Shown here piece after piece: positions 35,364 through 47,586 of a DNA stretch of 64,000 bases (position 1 is the stretch's first letter; each line of letters begins with the position of its first letter). Source of the stretch: Cyanophora paradoxa CCMP329 (taxonomy: Eukaryota > Plantae > Glaucophyta); assembly GCA_004431415.1 (NCBI GenBank), contig QPMI01000400.1:1-64000 (forward strand), in the 5' to 3' direction. The notes under the pieces are model-generated. The model worked only from the letters and a program-made list of their open reading frames with translations, did no database searches and had not been told where the DNA came from. The translations under genes were made by a program, and so were the position numbers.

Positions 35364-35471
35364 GTGTCCCAGGCCACGGCATACACGCAAAGACCATTAG
35401 TGTCCCTGGCCACGGCATGCACGCGAAGACCATTAGTGTGCCAGGCGACGGCATGCACGCAAAGACCAGTA
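35364..35471 (+). repeat. 36-bp tandem repeat x3
   Basis: GTGTCCCAGGCCACGGCATACACGCAAAGACCATTA-like units. Confidence 0.85.
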
Positions 35472-35603
35472 ACGTTAACGTGACGATCGATGCTGCCGCT
35501 GACGCCGGCGACGGCCCCGGAGCAGATTGTCGAACACCACGTGCACGTGCACAACCGCGATGAAGGGACTTAGCCGCCGTACCCCGGGCTCAAACCCCCC
35601 TTC

Positions 35604-38600
35604 TTGGCGCGAAGTTCGAAGCCAGCTGCAGCGAGCGAAGACAGCCCAGCGGGTGTAGATCTGGATCGCCGACGGAGAGAGAAGAGGCGGCCGCGGTCGT
35701 CGTCGTCGTGGCGCGGGCGTTACCCACAGCGCGAGAAGCTGGAGAACGAGGACCCCTTTCAGTTAGATCTAGGGTCCGCTGCCTTCAGGCAGGTCTTCGA
35801 GGTCGAACAAAGAACTTCGGAAAACGCCCCGCCGGCACCTCCGCCTCCTTCTCCGCCACCGCCGCCGCTTGCACCCGCGGAAACTGCTCCGCCGCCGCCG
35901 CCGCCTCCGCCTCCTCCGCCACCGCCTGCCGTCGAACCGGAGCCGCCCGCTCCGTCGGAGACGTGGAAAGAGGCCCCGCAGCAGCAGGCCGTGTTCGTTG
36001 AGATGCCGCTGTCCATGGGCACGCGCAAGGAGGGCGCGGTTGTTCCGGTGCAGGACGACGCTCAGCTCTCCGCGCTTGTGTCCGAGGTAAATGCCGACCC
36101 TTCCGGCGGTTTTCCGCGAGCCGCAGCGCTCCCGCGCCGGCCGCGCTGCGCCCCCGGCTGTGCAACGCCGACCGGCCTGCCCGCCACCGCAGGTGACGGA
36201 GCAATTCTTGCGCACGCGGACGAAGATGACACGGTGCGATGTGACGCTGCTGCTGCCGGCGTACCAGCACTTCGGGACGGGCTTCACGCCGAACTTCGGG
36301 AACCCGACGTGGATCCGCGGCCACAAGGGCGGGAACAACCTCTGGTACCCGGCCTCCGTCGTGAAGCTCGCGTACGCGGCGGCCGCCATGCAGTACCTCA
36401 AATCGAAGGGCCGGCCCTTCGACGCCCTCGTGCGCGCCGCGCCGCGCCGCGCCGCGCGGGGTTTGTGTTTGTGCCGAGCGGGGCGGGGCGGGCAGGACTC
36501 GTGCTGCCGACCGATGATCAAGATCAGCTGCAACTTCCAGACGGGCGTCGTGGTGGACGCGATCACGGAGTCCCGCAACGTCGGGAGCGGCTCGACGTCG
36601 GACCCCGCCTACAAACCCTGGCTCGAGAAGCGCAAGTTCACCGAGCGCTTCCTCGCCAACCACAACCTCCTCGGCAACCAGGTGCGCGCTTTTTCGGCGC
36701 GGCGCGCCCCCTCACACGGGCCGCCGCCGACGCGGGGCGCCGGCAGATCATCGTGCACAAGACCTACCCGACGAACAGCGGGGAGACGCCCAAGGCGGGC
36801 GAGTTCGTCCTACTCCGCCAATTCGGCAAGAACCAGGCGCGCGCCGCCATCGCCCGCCATCCCCGCGCCCCGCGCGCCGCCCCTAAGGCCGGCCGCCGCA
36901 GATGTGCACGAACCTCACCGCTCAACTCCTCCTCTCTTGCGTGAAAGGTTCGCTTGCCCCGCCGCCGCCAGCGCGTCGGGGGGTGGGCGGCGCTCACGCC
37001 GAGGCGCGCAGACGTGCTCGTGCCGGGGTCGGCCCCGTACCTGCAGCAGATCCTCTCCCACGACCGCTGGCAGGTGCCTGCCCGCCCCCCCTGCGCCGCG
37101 CGCGGCAGCCTGGCAGCGGCGGGGGCCGACGGGTGGGGCGGGACAGCCGGGGAGCGCGCTGGGGTTCGGGCTGGTGGCGGGGAGCGTGCTGTACAACAAG
37201 GTGGGAATCGCGTACGGCCTGCTGCACGACGTGGCGTACTGCCGCCTCCCCTCGGGCAAGGAGTTCGTCCTCTGCGCCTTCTCCGACGGCTACGAGGCCG
37301 GGCAGCCCGTCCCCTACGACTCGGCCCAGCTCGGCACCCTCCTCGACATGATCGTCGAGCGGGTGCCGCGCCCCCGAGCCCCCCGCCCCCCGCCCTGCTC
37401 ACCCGCCCTCCAGCTCCGCCTCGACGAGGGGAACGGGGCGGCGGTCGTGCGGGTGGACACGGCGACGGGCGGCTCGCGCGTGCAGCGCTCGGGGGCGTGG
37501 GAGGTGGCGAGCGCGGCGCGGGACAAGCGCGGCGCCTCGTACCTCTGCAAGCGCGGCGGCGGCCCCGGCGGCGACGCCTCCGTCACCTTCAACCTCGCCG
37601 TCCCCCGCGTGCGGCCCCCGCCCCGCCTCCCCTCCCTCTCTCCCTCCTGACCCCGGCCGGCAGGCGGGGCGCTACGAGGTGTGCGTGATGTACCCGGCGG
37701 CCTTCGCGGGGGAGGCGGGGGCGCGGGGCAAGGCGACGGCCGTCCCGCACGTGGTGCACCACGCCGGCGGCACGACGAGGGTCGTCGTCAGCCAGGCCTC
37801 CCGCGGCGGCCGCTGGGTCAAGCTCGGCGACTTCTCCTTCGAGCGCGGTCCGCCCGCCCCGCTCTCCCCCCCCGGGCGCGCAAGGGCGCTGAGGGCCGGG
37901 GGCAGGGGGCGGCCGGGTCGTGGTCTCTGACGCCGGCGTGGACGGCGGCTCGCTGGTCGTCGCCAACGCCGTCCGCGCCTCCCTCTGGCCCCCGGGCGGG
38001 CCCGCCCCGCCCCCGCCCCCCTCGGCCCCCGCCAGCCCCATCCCGGCCCCGGCCCCGCGCGTGGAGTCGGCGCTGGCGCGCCCCGAGTCGGCGCCGCCGC
38101 GCACGATGGAGGCGAACGTGACGGCGGGCGGCCGCCACCGCCCCTTCAGCGTCTCCGTCCGCCACGGCCGCGAGCGCGAGCGCGGCGGGGGCCGCCACCG
38201 GCCCCACTCCGCCCCGCACGCCTACGCCGGCCACCGCTCCACGAGCCGCGGCCGCCGCGGCCGCTACGGCCGCTACGAGCCCCGCCACGAGGCCCGCCCC
38301 GCCCCGCCCCCGCCCCCGCCCCCAAGCCCGCCCCCGCCCCGCCCAAGAGCGCCCCGGCCCCGCCCCCGCCGCCCCCAAGCCCGCTGCCGCCGCCGCCCGC
38401 GCCCCGGTCCCCGCCGCGGCCAAGCCCGCTGCAGCACCCAAGCCTGCGGCGGCGCCGGCCCCGCCTGCGCCACGCCCCGCGGCGGCTCCCGCGCCGGCGC
38501 CGGCGGCAGCGAGGCCCCCCGCCCCCTCGCCGCCCCGCCCCGCCTCCGCGCCGGCTGCCGGGGTGCCGGCGGCCGCCCCGCGGCCGGCCCCACCGCCGGC

Positions 38601-39165
38601 TGCTGCTCCGGCGGCGAGGGCCCCGCGGCCGCCGCGCGGGCCCCGGCGGCTGCTGCCAAGCCCGCCGGCGCTCCCGCACCGCCCCGAGAGCCCCGGCCGC
38701 GGCTCCCGCCCCTGCTCCTGCGAAGCCGGCCGCTCAGGCCCCCGCCCGTCCAGCCCCAGCTGCCCCCGCCCCTGCCCGCCCGGCCTCCGCCGCCCCTGCG
38801 CCAGCCCGCCCGGCCGCTGCCGCCCCGGCGCCCTCCCGGCCTGCCACAGCTGCCCCTGCTCCTGCTCGCCCCGCGCCCGCGGCCCCCGCCCCCGCCCGTG
38901 CGCCTGCCACGGCCCCTGCCCCCGCCCCAGCGCGAGCTGCAGCCCCTCCCCGGCTCGCCCGCCGGCTGCTGCCCCCGCCCCTGCCCGGCCGGCATCCGCG
39001 CCTGCACCGCCCAAGGCAGCCGCACCGGCGGCAGCGCCCAAGGCGGCGCCGGCGGCGGCCCCTGCAGCGGCCGCCAAGCCCGCGGGGGCGGTGGCCAAGC
39101 CGGCGGCTCCGGCCGCCCGCCGGAGCGGCGCCTTCGTCAGCACTGCCATCTTCGCGCTCGACTAG
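35604..39165 (+). CDS. Class A beta-lactamase-like serine hydrolase + golvesin/Xly-like domain + Pro/Ala-rich tail (multi-exon; start uncertain)
   Basis: YPASVVK (SxxK), ISCN (SxN), NKVG...HDVAYCRLPSG; then GASY...YEVCVMYP...SQASRGGRWVKLGDFSF...VVANAVR. Confidence 0.72.
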
Positions 39166-39366
39166 CGGGCTCTTCATCTTTTTCTGGCTTTCTGAGCTTT
39201 TTCCAGAGGCGTTTTCGCCCTCGCGGTCTGGGGGTCTTTTTTTCCCCAGGCAGGGGGCTGTTTTTCGGCTTGTTCCCCACCCAAGCCCGGTACCCTGCCA
39301 CTGCGGCGAAAGAGCGACTTGATACATTACAGCTTACGATTATAATTCGGTCCTTGAGCTACTAGG

Positions 39367-40511
39367 CTAGACGTTATGTGCGAACTGAAAAGCAGAGCGA
39401 ATGACGAGAAGTGCAGATAGAAGGGGCAGCAGGCCCAAGCGGGGCCTCGGATATGCAAGTACGGTACGGTATGGGGTGCTTAAGCGGATTCGGAACTCGT
39501 GCGACGGGCGAGGTGCGAGCAGTGGCGGACCGCCGGGCGGCTCAGGCGGCGAGGGCTCCCTGGGTGGCGTTGAAGAAGGCGGGGTGGCGGGCGGCCATTG
39601 CGTCGAGGCGCGTGTAGACGGCGAGGCGGGAGAGGAGGAGGCGGCGGGCCTCGCCGGGGGCCTGGATCTCGAGGAGCTTGGCCTCGACGCCCGGGTGGAT
39701 GCAGTGGAGGCGCCGGCCCTCCAGCGTCCACTCCCCCGCCCCCGTCCCGTATTGCGTCCACAGCCTGCGCCCCGCCCCCGCCTCACTTCCCGTCCCCCGA
39801 CGCGCACTCCGCCGCCCCGTGCCCGCCCCGCGCACCTCACGCTGATCGGGCCGGGCTCGGGCGCCGCCGCGGCGTCGCACGCCTCGCCGGCTGCCTCGCC
39901 GGCCTCGCTCGGCCGGGCGCAGGCCGGGAGCGGCGCCTCTATCTCGATGTACTCGAGGAGCGCATTGGGGAGCCCCAGGTCGACCACCAAACGCGGACTC
40001 GTCTCTGCGCGGCGAGGAGCGACCGCTCGTGAGGTCGAAGACGAGGGGGAGGCGAGGCTAGGGCGCAGGCCGCGGCCGCCGGGAGATCGGGAGCGCACCG
40101 TTCTGCGTCGCTACCATTATCCGCTCGGTCGCGCACCGCTCGACGTCGTCAACGTATACGGCTGAAGACGGTGTGCTTTGAGGGACGAAGTGAGCGTCAC
40201 AAATGCCAACCGCGGACGTGACCATCGCTGAGCTCTGGCGGTCAGGGAACGAGGGGCGGCGAAAGGCGAGGGTTGTCATTCGAGAACGCACCGAACACGC
40301 CGGGGCGGTGGACGAGCTCGAAGAGCTCGCCCTTGTGCCGACCCGAGGCGCAAGCGGCTGGCCCTTTCTCGACAAACGCGCCAGCACCCGGTCTGCCAGG
40401 GACGCGCTGGGGTCCGTACTTTCGCATCCGCATGAGCGGGAGGTTGTACGGCGTCCACGCCTCGCAGACCAGGGCGAGCGTGCAGAGGAGGACCGCAGCG
40501 AGCCGCGCCAT
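39367..40511 (-). CDS. Unknown protein with signal peptide
   Basis: MARLAAVLLCTLALVCEA N-terminus, coding-like exons, hydrophobic C-terminus. Confidence 0.4.
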
Positions 40512-40662
40512 CGCTGCTGCACCCCCCCCCTCGACTGTGCGAAGGCTCGGCTCGGCTCGACGGTCGCCTCTGCCCGACCCCTTGCAAGTGCCTCTACCCC
40601 AACCTTTTTTTCAGGCAGCCGAGTAGCAGTTGTAGGCACTGCTAAGCAGCAAGACTGTCTGC

Positions 40663-42019
40663 ATGCAGTCGCCTGCGTTCGTCGCTGGCGTTCTCCCTGT
40701 CCGCTTGGCCGGCGCGAACTGCGTAGCTACGCAGCTGCCAGCGCTGCAGCTGCGCAGCGCGACACCAGCACCGTCTACGAGGGCGCACAGGCCTATTCGT
40801 CTTGTCGGGCGCGACAGCGCTGAGCTCCAGCCGAGGCGCGCATTCTCCAGCCGAGGCGCTCCGAGGTGCGCTCGGCTCACAACTGCGTGCTCGCACGCCC
40901 TGATCATGACGGGACGCAGCGCCCAAGAGACGGTCATGCTCTTCGGTAAGAACGTGCTGAACGAGGGCGAGGTCGAGGGGGACGCCGCGAGCGCGGGCGG
41001 CGCGTCGGCGCTCTCGGAGGCGCTGCAGCGGCGGACGCTTCAGCTGTACGGCAAGTTCCTGGACGAGGACGGGCGCGGGGTGGACTACGAGGGCATCGCC
41101 CGCAGCGCCGAGTACGCCGACTACCGGGCCGCCGCGCGCGCCCTCCGCCGGCTGGACCTGGCGGAGCTGGCGGGGCTTAGCGAGCCGGCGCGGCGGGCGG
41201 TCTTCATCAACCTGTACAACACGCTGCTCATCGACGGGCTGGTGCAGCGCGGGGCGGCGCCCTCGAGCCTCCTCGCCCGCCTGCTCTTCTACGCGCGCAC
41301 CGCGTACGACGTCGGCGGCCTCTCCTTCTCCCTCAACGACATCGAGCACGGCCTCCTCCGCGGTCCCCGCCCCGCCGCCCCGCCCCCCGCGCCCGCCGCG
41401 CCCGCCCCTCACCGCTGCCCGGCGCACAACGGCGCAGGGAACGCCATTTCGCCCGTGCCGCTGAGCGGGCGGCAGTTCGGGGGGCGGGAGGACCCGCGGC
41501 GGGCGCTGTGCCTGCCGCTGGACGCGCGGATCCACTTCGCGCTGAACTGCGGGGCGCGCTCGTGCCCGCCCATCCGGGTCTTCACGGAGGAGAACGTGGA
41601 GGCGGCCCTGGAGCTCGCCGCCCGCGCCTTCTGCGGCGCCGAGGTCCGCCTCGACGCCCCGCGCCGCGTCGCCACCCTCAGCAAGATCTTCCAGTGGTGC
41701 CGCCCCCCAGGTCCTGGGCCCGCGCCTGGGCCGGGGGGCGCTCAGGGCAGCGCATGCGCAGGTACGCGGAGGACTTTGGCGGGGCGGCCCCCGAGGCGCT
41801 CCTCTCCTTCGTGCGGCCGTACCTGCCCGACGACGCCCGCGCCGCCCTCGACGCCGTCCGCCCTGCCCCGCCGCCGCCCTGCACCCCGCCGCCGCCGGCG
41901 CCTCCGGATCGGTGGCTCACCGAGCTGGAGCCCCGCACGCGCAGGGCGGCGACCTGGCCGGCTGGAGGGTCGAGTTCGCTCCCTACAACTGGGACCTCAA
42001 CGACTCCAAGAGCAGCTAG
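40663..42019 (+). CDS. DUF547-domain protein with probable organellar transit peptide
   Basis: FINLYN, SLNDIEHGLLRG, DARIHFALNCGARSCPP, LSKIFQW, YNWDLN. Confidence 0.88.
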
Positions 42020-42081
42020 CGATAGGATGTCAACAGCGATATCGATGCCAACACTGCAACGCAATGGGGAGGGGAAGGGGC

Positions 42082-42112
<31 letters not shown>

Positions 42113-42157
42113 GAGAGCCGGGGGGGGTGGGGGGGGCCGCACGGCAGCGCGGCGAAT

Positions 42158-43788
42158 ATGGAGCCCGAAGACGCCGTGCGCGCCGCGCGGCACGCCGTCA
42201 ATGCGGGAGACGCGCGGGCGCTGGAGGGCCTGCTGAAGACGAGGCCGGAGCTCGCCAACGCGGAGTACAGCGCCGATGGCAGCTCGCTCCTCCATGCCGC
42301 CGCGCGTGAAGGGCACGCTGAGCTCGTTCAGGTGGCCGAAATCAATACGCGCTCGCCGATCGAGCGTCGCGCCGCTCTGCGTCGTATGCGCAGCGAATGC
42401 AATTGACGCTTTTTCCGTTGCGTGCGTGCGCAGCTGCTTCTCGACGCAGGTGCAGACCCGAGCTGCCGCGCTTCAAGAGCCTCAGTCCCGCTCCACGCGG
42501 CTGCCGCGTCGGCTTCGCGGATGGGCACGGGCATCGTCGAGAAGATTCTCGACCGCGTGTCGAACGTCGATCTGCACAAATCGAATGGCTGGACCGCGCT
42601 CTTCATCGCAGCCGCTCACGGAGGCAAGAACGCGCTCCCTCTGGTCGATCTCCTTCTGAGCAAGGTGGGCGACCTCCTGCGTATGCGAACGCGTGCAGCC
42701 CGTGCTCACTGCTGCTGCGCGCAGGGCGCGTCGGTGGACGTGAAAGACAAGGACGGCCGGACGGGGGTCCACGTGGCCGCCCAGTACTCCACCCCCCAGG
42801 TCGTCGAGCGCCTCGTCCGCGCTGGGGCCCCCGTCGTGCGCCCCCGCGCTCCGCCCGCCTCGCCGCACCCGGCTGTAGGATGCTTGCGCTCACGCCGGGG
42901 CCGGGCAGAGCGCGCGGTCGAACTCGGGGCGCACTCCGCTGCTGACGGCGGCCTTCCACGGGCGGCTGGACAACGTGCGGGCCCTCGTCGACGCAGGGGC
43001 CGCGCTTGACGAGCACGACAACGTATGCCCGACGCCCTCGCTGCGCCGTACCTCCCCGCGCGCCGTGCACTGAATTTCGAACCTGCGCGCGCTGCCCCAC
43101 AGGGCGGGAGCACCGCGCTGCACGAGGCGGCGAGGGGCGGGCACACCGAGGTGATCGATTTCCTCCTGAAGTGCGCCCCGCCATGCTCCGCAACCCTGCC
43201 CCTGCGCCTGGGTGCGACGCCGGGGGCGCGCGCGCAGGCGGGGCGTGGGCGCCTCGGGGCGGGACACGGTGGGGCTGCGGCCGCTGCACCAGGCGGCGAT
43301 GGGGGGCCACGCGGCCGCCCTCGCCCGCCTCCTCACCGCCGGCGCCAGCCCCGACGAGGCCGACGACGACGGGTGCGTCCCGCCCCCACTCCCGCTCCGC
43401 CGGCGCCCCTGACCCCCAACCGAGATGCACTCCACTGTACTGGGCGGCGGCGCGGGGCATGCTGGAGACCGCGCGGGCGCTGCTGGACGCGGGGGCGAAC
43501 CCCAACGCCGCCGGCAAGCACCGCGCGCCCCTCCACTGCGCCAGCGGCTGGTGCTCGCCCCGCCGCCCCACACCGCCGGCCGGGGCCCATGGGCGACTCG
43601 TGACGGGGCGGCAGGGGCCACGCGGCGGTGGCGGGGCTGCTGCTCGAGCGGGGGGCGGACCCCGAGGCGATGGACGACGAGGGCAAGCGGCCGCGCGACG
43701 TCGCCCGCGGGCCCGCAGCCGACCTCCCCGCCCTCCGCGCCTCCTCCGAGCCCCGCGCCACTGGGCCAAGCCCCCCGACGTCGGCTAG
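42158..43788 (+). CDS. Ankyrin-repeat protein (multi-exon)
   Basis: Repeated G.T.LH.AA..GH / TPLYWAA motifs. Confidence 0.88.
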
Positions 43789-44169
43789 CCCGCCATCCGA
43801 TGACCCGTAATCGACTCGACGGATCCCGGAATCGGAGCGTAGGCCAGGTTCATGCCATGGCCAGATCTAGAAGTCTTTCGTCTTGGTAGGACGTAGGTTA
43901 GCTCTGGACTTTCATTTCAAGTAGCTATAGGGTCAAGGGTGTAAAGGGGCGGGCAGAATCGCCGAACTCGGATGTATCGCGATGCGTGCAGCTGCTGAGT
44001 GCGCATGCGCATGGGCTACTGAATGTACACCGCGCGACGGACAAAGCGGACAGGGACGGGAGCGGGAGAAGGGGGCGGGGCGGACGGGTCCGGAGGGCCG
44101 GGGGTTGGTCGGGGGCGGGGGGGCGAAGGGGGGCGGGGGCGGGGTGGCGGGGGCGGGCGGGCGGGGCTG

Positions 44170-47055
44170 CTACTGTATGACGGCGGCGTCCTCGCCCGGG
44201 GCGGGGCCGTCCTCCTCGGCCGAGTTCTGCGCGAAAAGGTACTCCGCCAGGTAGTCCACCGGGTCCTCCGGCCGCACCTTGCACACCTGCCCGCCCCGCC
44301 GGCTCGGGACGGGCCGGCCGAGGGGGCGCGGGGCGGGGGCGCGCCTGGATGAGGCCCTTGGTGAGGGTCGGGATGACGTTCTCCATGAGGTACTTGCGGA
44401 GCGGGTAGGAGCGGACTTCGAGGATCTCGCGCTCTTGCGCCTCGACCTCGGCCATGCGTGCCGCCTCCGTCGCGAGCCGCCGCGCCCGGTCCTCCGCCTC
44501 CAGCCGCTCCCGCTCGTGCAGCTCGAGCCGCGCCTGCTCGTGCTTGCGCGCCTCCTCCGCCTCCCGCTTGCGCGCCTTGGCGTTCACCTCCTCCTCGCTC
44601 GGGCCGTAGTTGTGCGGGGGCCCGACCTTGTCCGCCACCATCTTCAGGATCGCCTCGGGGTCCGTTGTCACCGACGTGTCCGCTGCCGCCCCGCCCCGTC
44701 GGCCGCGAGCGCCGCCGGGGGGCGCCGGGGGGCGCACCGTGGACGATGATCGTCTCGCGGTCCTCGAAGAAGTTGAGGAGGGTGTTGTTGACCTTCTCCG
44801 CGTCGCTGCGCTCCCGGTACTCGCGGAGGCGGCGCGTGAAGCCCTCCTCCGTGTTGTGCGAGCCCTCCACCGCCTCCTGCGGGAGCGCCAGCACCCGCTG
44901 CTTCAGCGTCTCCTCCGGCGCCTCCAGCGCCAGCACGTAGTCCGGGCACAGGTTCGCCTTCTCCTGCTCCCCCGCACCCCCGCCGCCGCGTCAGCTCAGG
45001 TCCCCGCCCCCGCTCTCGCGGCGCGGGCGGGCCGGGGCCGGGACGGGCGGGGCCCGGCGCACCGGCTTCTTCTTCTTCTTGCGGCGCTTGGCGCCCTCCT
45101 CGCCGTCGCCCTCCTCCTCGGGCTCCGGCTCCTGCGCCCGCCCGCCCCGCGTCGGTCCCCGCCGCCGCGCCGCGCCGCCCCGGGCAAAGCGGGGCGGCGC
45201 GCACGGGCTCGGGCTCGGGCTCCTCCTCCTCCTCGGGGGCGTCCCCCTCGGGGGCCTCCTCGCCCTCCGCCGGCTTCTTCTTCTTCTTCTTGGGCTTCTC
45301 GTCGGTGAAGAGCAGGAGGGCGTGCTCGAAGCTCTTCGGGTAGCCGTCGATGACGAAGCCCTGGTTCATGCAGGGCGCGCTCAGCAGCTTCCGCTTCACC
45401 GCCTCGATCACCTTCTCCTCGGGCAGCCGCGCCCGCCCGTCTGGCCCCGCCTTCTCCCGCAGCTGCTTGGCGAGCTCGTCAGAGCCGGCCATCGCCTCCC
45501 GGATGACGTCCGCCACGCGGATGTGGTGGATGCGGTACTCCCGCGCGATCCGCTCCGCGTAGAAGGACTTGCCGGCCGCCGGCGGGCCCTCCACCATCAC
45601 CTTGACCGGCGTCAGGCCGCGCGTCTCGCGGAACTCGCTGATGATCATGGGGAGGCTCTCGATGAGGCCGCCCCTGCAGCGCCAGTCGAGGCCCTCGAGC
45701 TCCTGGATCACCCCCGACTGGATCCGCACGTCGATCTGGAGCACGTCCACCCGCCCCGTCTCCACCACCTGCCCCCCCGCCCCTCAGCCCCCGCCGCGCC
45801 GCCGCGCCGGGCCGGCCGCACCTGCGCGAGGATCTCCTCCTTGCTGAGGTACCGGACCTCGCCCGTGCCCAGCTGCTTGCTGACAGCCTGCCGCCCCCCG
45901 TCCCCTTCAGCGGCGCCGGGGCGGGGCGGGGCGGGGCGGGGCGGGGCGCGCCATGGTGATCTGGCGGAGGGTGTGGTGCGAGTCGTCGACGGCGACGATG
46001 TACTGCTGCTCCTCCGGGGGCGCCGCGATCACCTTCCCCACCACCTGCACCGCCCCCGTCACGCCCCGCCCCGCGCCCCGCCCCGCCCCGCCCCGCCCCG
46101 CCCCGCGTCAGCCGCGCACCGCCGCCAGGTCGTGCACGTAGATCGTGGGCACCACGTTGTCCCCGTCCCCGACGCACGGCAGCGCCCGCGGGTTGCACAG
46201 CCACGCGAGCTGCGCGGAGAGCGCCGGGTCAGCGGCGAGGCGGCAGCCGCCGACCGGAGGCGCGGCGTGCCTTAAACATCTGATGGAACGTCTCCTCGCC
46301 ACCGCCGTACGGGATGCCCGCGCACACGACGTATGTCTTAAGCTTGTTCGCCTTCTTCGCCTTCACGACCAGCTTCTCCACCTGACTCGCACCGCTCAGG
46401 CACGCCGCGACGCAGGCGAATGCGCGCGTCGCAGGCGGCAGCGAGCAGCGAACCTGCACGTGGTTACGGTACAGCGGGTGTGGCCGCCGGTTCTTGAAGT
46501 CATCCTCGGTCAGCAGGCCGTCGTTGTCCTCCTGCGCGGCGGGCGGGTTGGCTTGTTGGAGACGCTCGGGGCGGCGGCAGGGGCAATTGCGCACCTTCTC
46601 CTTTGGCGGTGTCCGCGCCCAGCACATTACGGAAGACAAGCAGATGAAAGTCTTCTCCTGGTCATAGGATGCGGACTGCAGCTCTGCGTCACCACGTTAG
46701 CCGCGAGCACGCGAATCGCCTAGCGCGGGTGCAGTTCCTCACGGCGCACCCTGGATGGCGAAGGTGGCGTGGTCCGTTTGGTTGTTCTCCAAATCGTAGA
46801 TGATGACTTGGGCGGACAACAGGCCCATCTTAAGCTCCTCTCCAGGCATGTTCTAGCGGGGCGGGGACGCTCGTCAGCCCCGCAGCTAGAGCAGGAGCCG
46901 AGAGTGCGGCCGCCGCGCACGGGGTATTCCTGCGCGAGCCATGCCGGCTTCCGCTTGCCCTGAAGCGTGCCCACGACCTCGTGCTTTGCTTCGCTGAGCG
47001 CTTTGCCAATCGCCCCGCCGACATAGCAGTCCGCGTTGTTGACGAAGACCCGCAT
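44170..47055 (-). CDS. AK7: Adenylate kinase 7 (flagellar; NAD-binding-like + AK + Dpy-30)
   Basis: MRVFVNNADCYVG, GPPAAGKS, NQGFVIDGYPK, YLMENVIPTLTKGL...RPEDPVDYLAEYLF. Confidence 0.9.
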
Positions 47056-47586
47056 CCTCTCCGCCGCAGGAACTCACCTACTACGTGCAGTCGATCTGCT
47101 ACGGGTGCTTGCTTGCTGCTGGCTAGTGTTCTTTCGCTCGGCCAATATAGACGACAGAGAATTCACCGTACCCGCAAAACAAAAAAAGTTGGCGCTTCCT
47201 GCGTGCGCGACTCGGCAGCCAACTACTACTTGCCGTGTCGTCCATGGCCAGCAGCAACACGATGAGTGCTTCCTTCATTCCTTCATGTTGGCGCTTCCTT
47301 CATGCAGTGGCGCATGCGCATGCGTGCGCGACTCGGCAGTTAACTTAGTAAATCGTCGTCATGATCAGTACTAGTGCAGCTACTTCTCGCCATCCCCGCG
47401 GACGTCGACATGACCCTTCTCTTGCGAACCGCCGCGGCCGTGCAACTGCGTGCAGCCGGGCACGGATTATGTTTGTTCTACGAGATCAGTCGCTACCTCG
47501 AGCAAAATTGGGGAAAAAGCCGGAGCCGGGATCGGGATCGGGGAGCTCAGAGCCAGGAGCTGAACTTCAAAGAGGGGGTGGGATGG

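Noticed and set aside
35364-35471. 36-bp x3 repeat as CRISPR or coding element
   Set aside because: Directly tandem with no spacers; an ordinary minisatellite
42083-42136. Long poly-G tract
   Set aside because: Simple homopolymer of unreliable length; common in this GC-rich host
47188-47345. Local duplication GTTGGCGCTTCCT...GCGTGCGCGACTCGGCAG
   Set aside because: Short intergenic duplication with no TIR, TSD or RNA-gene features
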